From positions 1 to 19,701 of the forward strand of contig JADGIF010000106.1 of assembly GCA_018985225.1 (NCBI GenBank): a stretch of DNA of 19,701 bases, read 5' to 3'. This document shows positions 19,412-19,701 of this stretch, piece by piece. This DNA is from Amoeboradix gromovi X-113 (taxonomy: Eukaryota; Fungi; Sanchytriomycota). Position 1 is the first letter of the stretch. Each line of letters opens with the position of its first letter. The notes beneath the pieces are model-generated. The model was not told where the DNA came from. It made no database searches and saw nothing but the letters and a program-made list of their open reading frames with translations. Made by a program: the position numbers and the translations under genes.

Positions 19412-19633
19412 ATGTTCAACATCGTTCTGATCCTTTTGGCAAGTGTACAGGCGAACTTCATTAATAACCCTAGGTGTACACCTAATCTTTGTACGGGATT
19501 CAAATGTCCCATTGACGCAATTAACGCTTGCGAAAAGAAACACGGCACCAAATATGGTTGTTTTGGTTGTATTGTTAATTGCCAGTTTCCGCTTATAAAC
19601 GAGAAAAAAGGAATTAAGTGCAGCTCGAAATAA
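19412..19633 (+). CDS. Small secreted cysteine-rich protein (73 aa, 8 Cys)
   Basis: From ATG 19412: signal-like MFNIVLILLASVQA, then a 59-aa Lys-rich peptide with 8 Cys; AATAAA at the stop. Confidence 0.7.
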   Translation: MFNIVLILLASVQANFINNPRCTPNLCTGFKCPIDAINACEKKHGTKYGCFGCIVNCQFPLINEKKGIKCSSK

Positions 19634-19701
19634 ATAAGATGATTTGATTAAACAATTTATTGCTTGTAATTCATTAATGCTAGACACTTAATCAGTGGTG
19701 C

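Overview
AT-rich, gene-dense eukaryotic DNA, most likely an early-diverging fungus or relative (inference). The right two-thirds holds host genes: a Bdf1-like BET double-bromodomain protein, a pericentrin/AKAP9-like PACT coiled-coil protein, Arp8, the carbamoyl-phosphate synthase large chain and a small secreted 8-Cys protein. Two of these genes appear to need ultra-short 19-20 nt spliceosomal introns. The left third is an accessory region with decayed ORFs, an ABM/DUF3291-like gene and a Ctr copper transporter. It also holds a cluster of RNA-guided nuclease (OMEGA) elements. (1) A GC-richer 2.9 kb IS630/Tc1-type transposon (4087-7003; 25-bp perfect TIRs, flanking TA) carries a DD34E transposase, a frameshifted Fanzor1-type nuclease and a structured candidate omega-RNA. 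(2) Tail-to-tail with it lies a 5'-truncated Fanzor2 (IS607 TnpB-like) gene followed by two diverged tandem copies of a structured omega-RNA-like scaffold, each with its own guide-length 3' sequence. The two elements end about 18 nt apart, so their predicted guides are complementary. All alignments, folds and family assignments were done by eye, not by database search.
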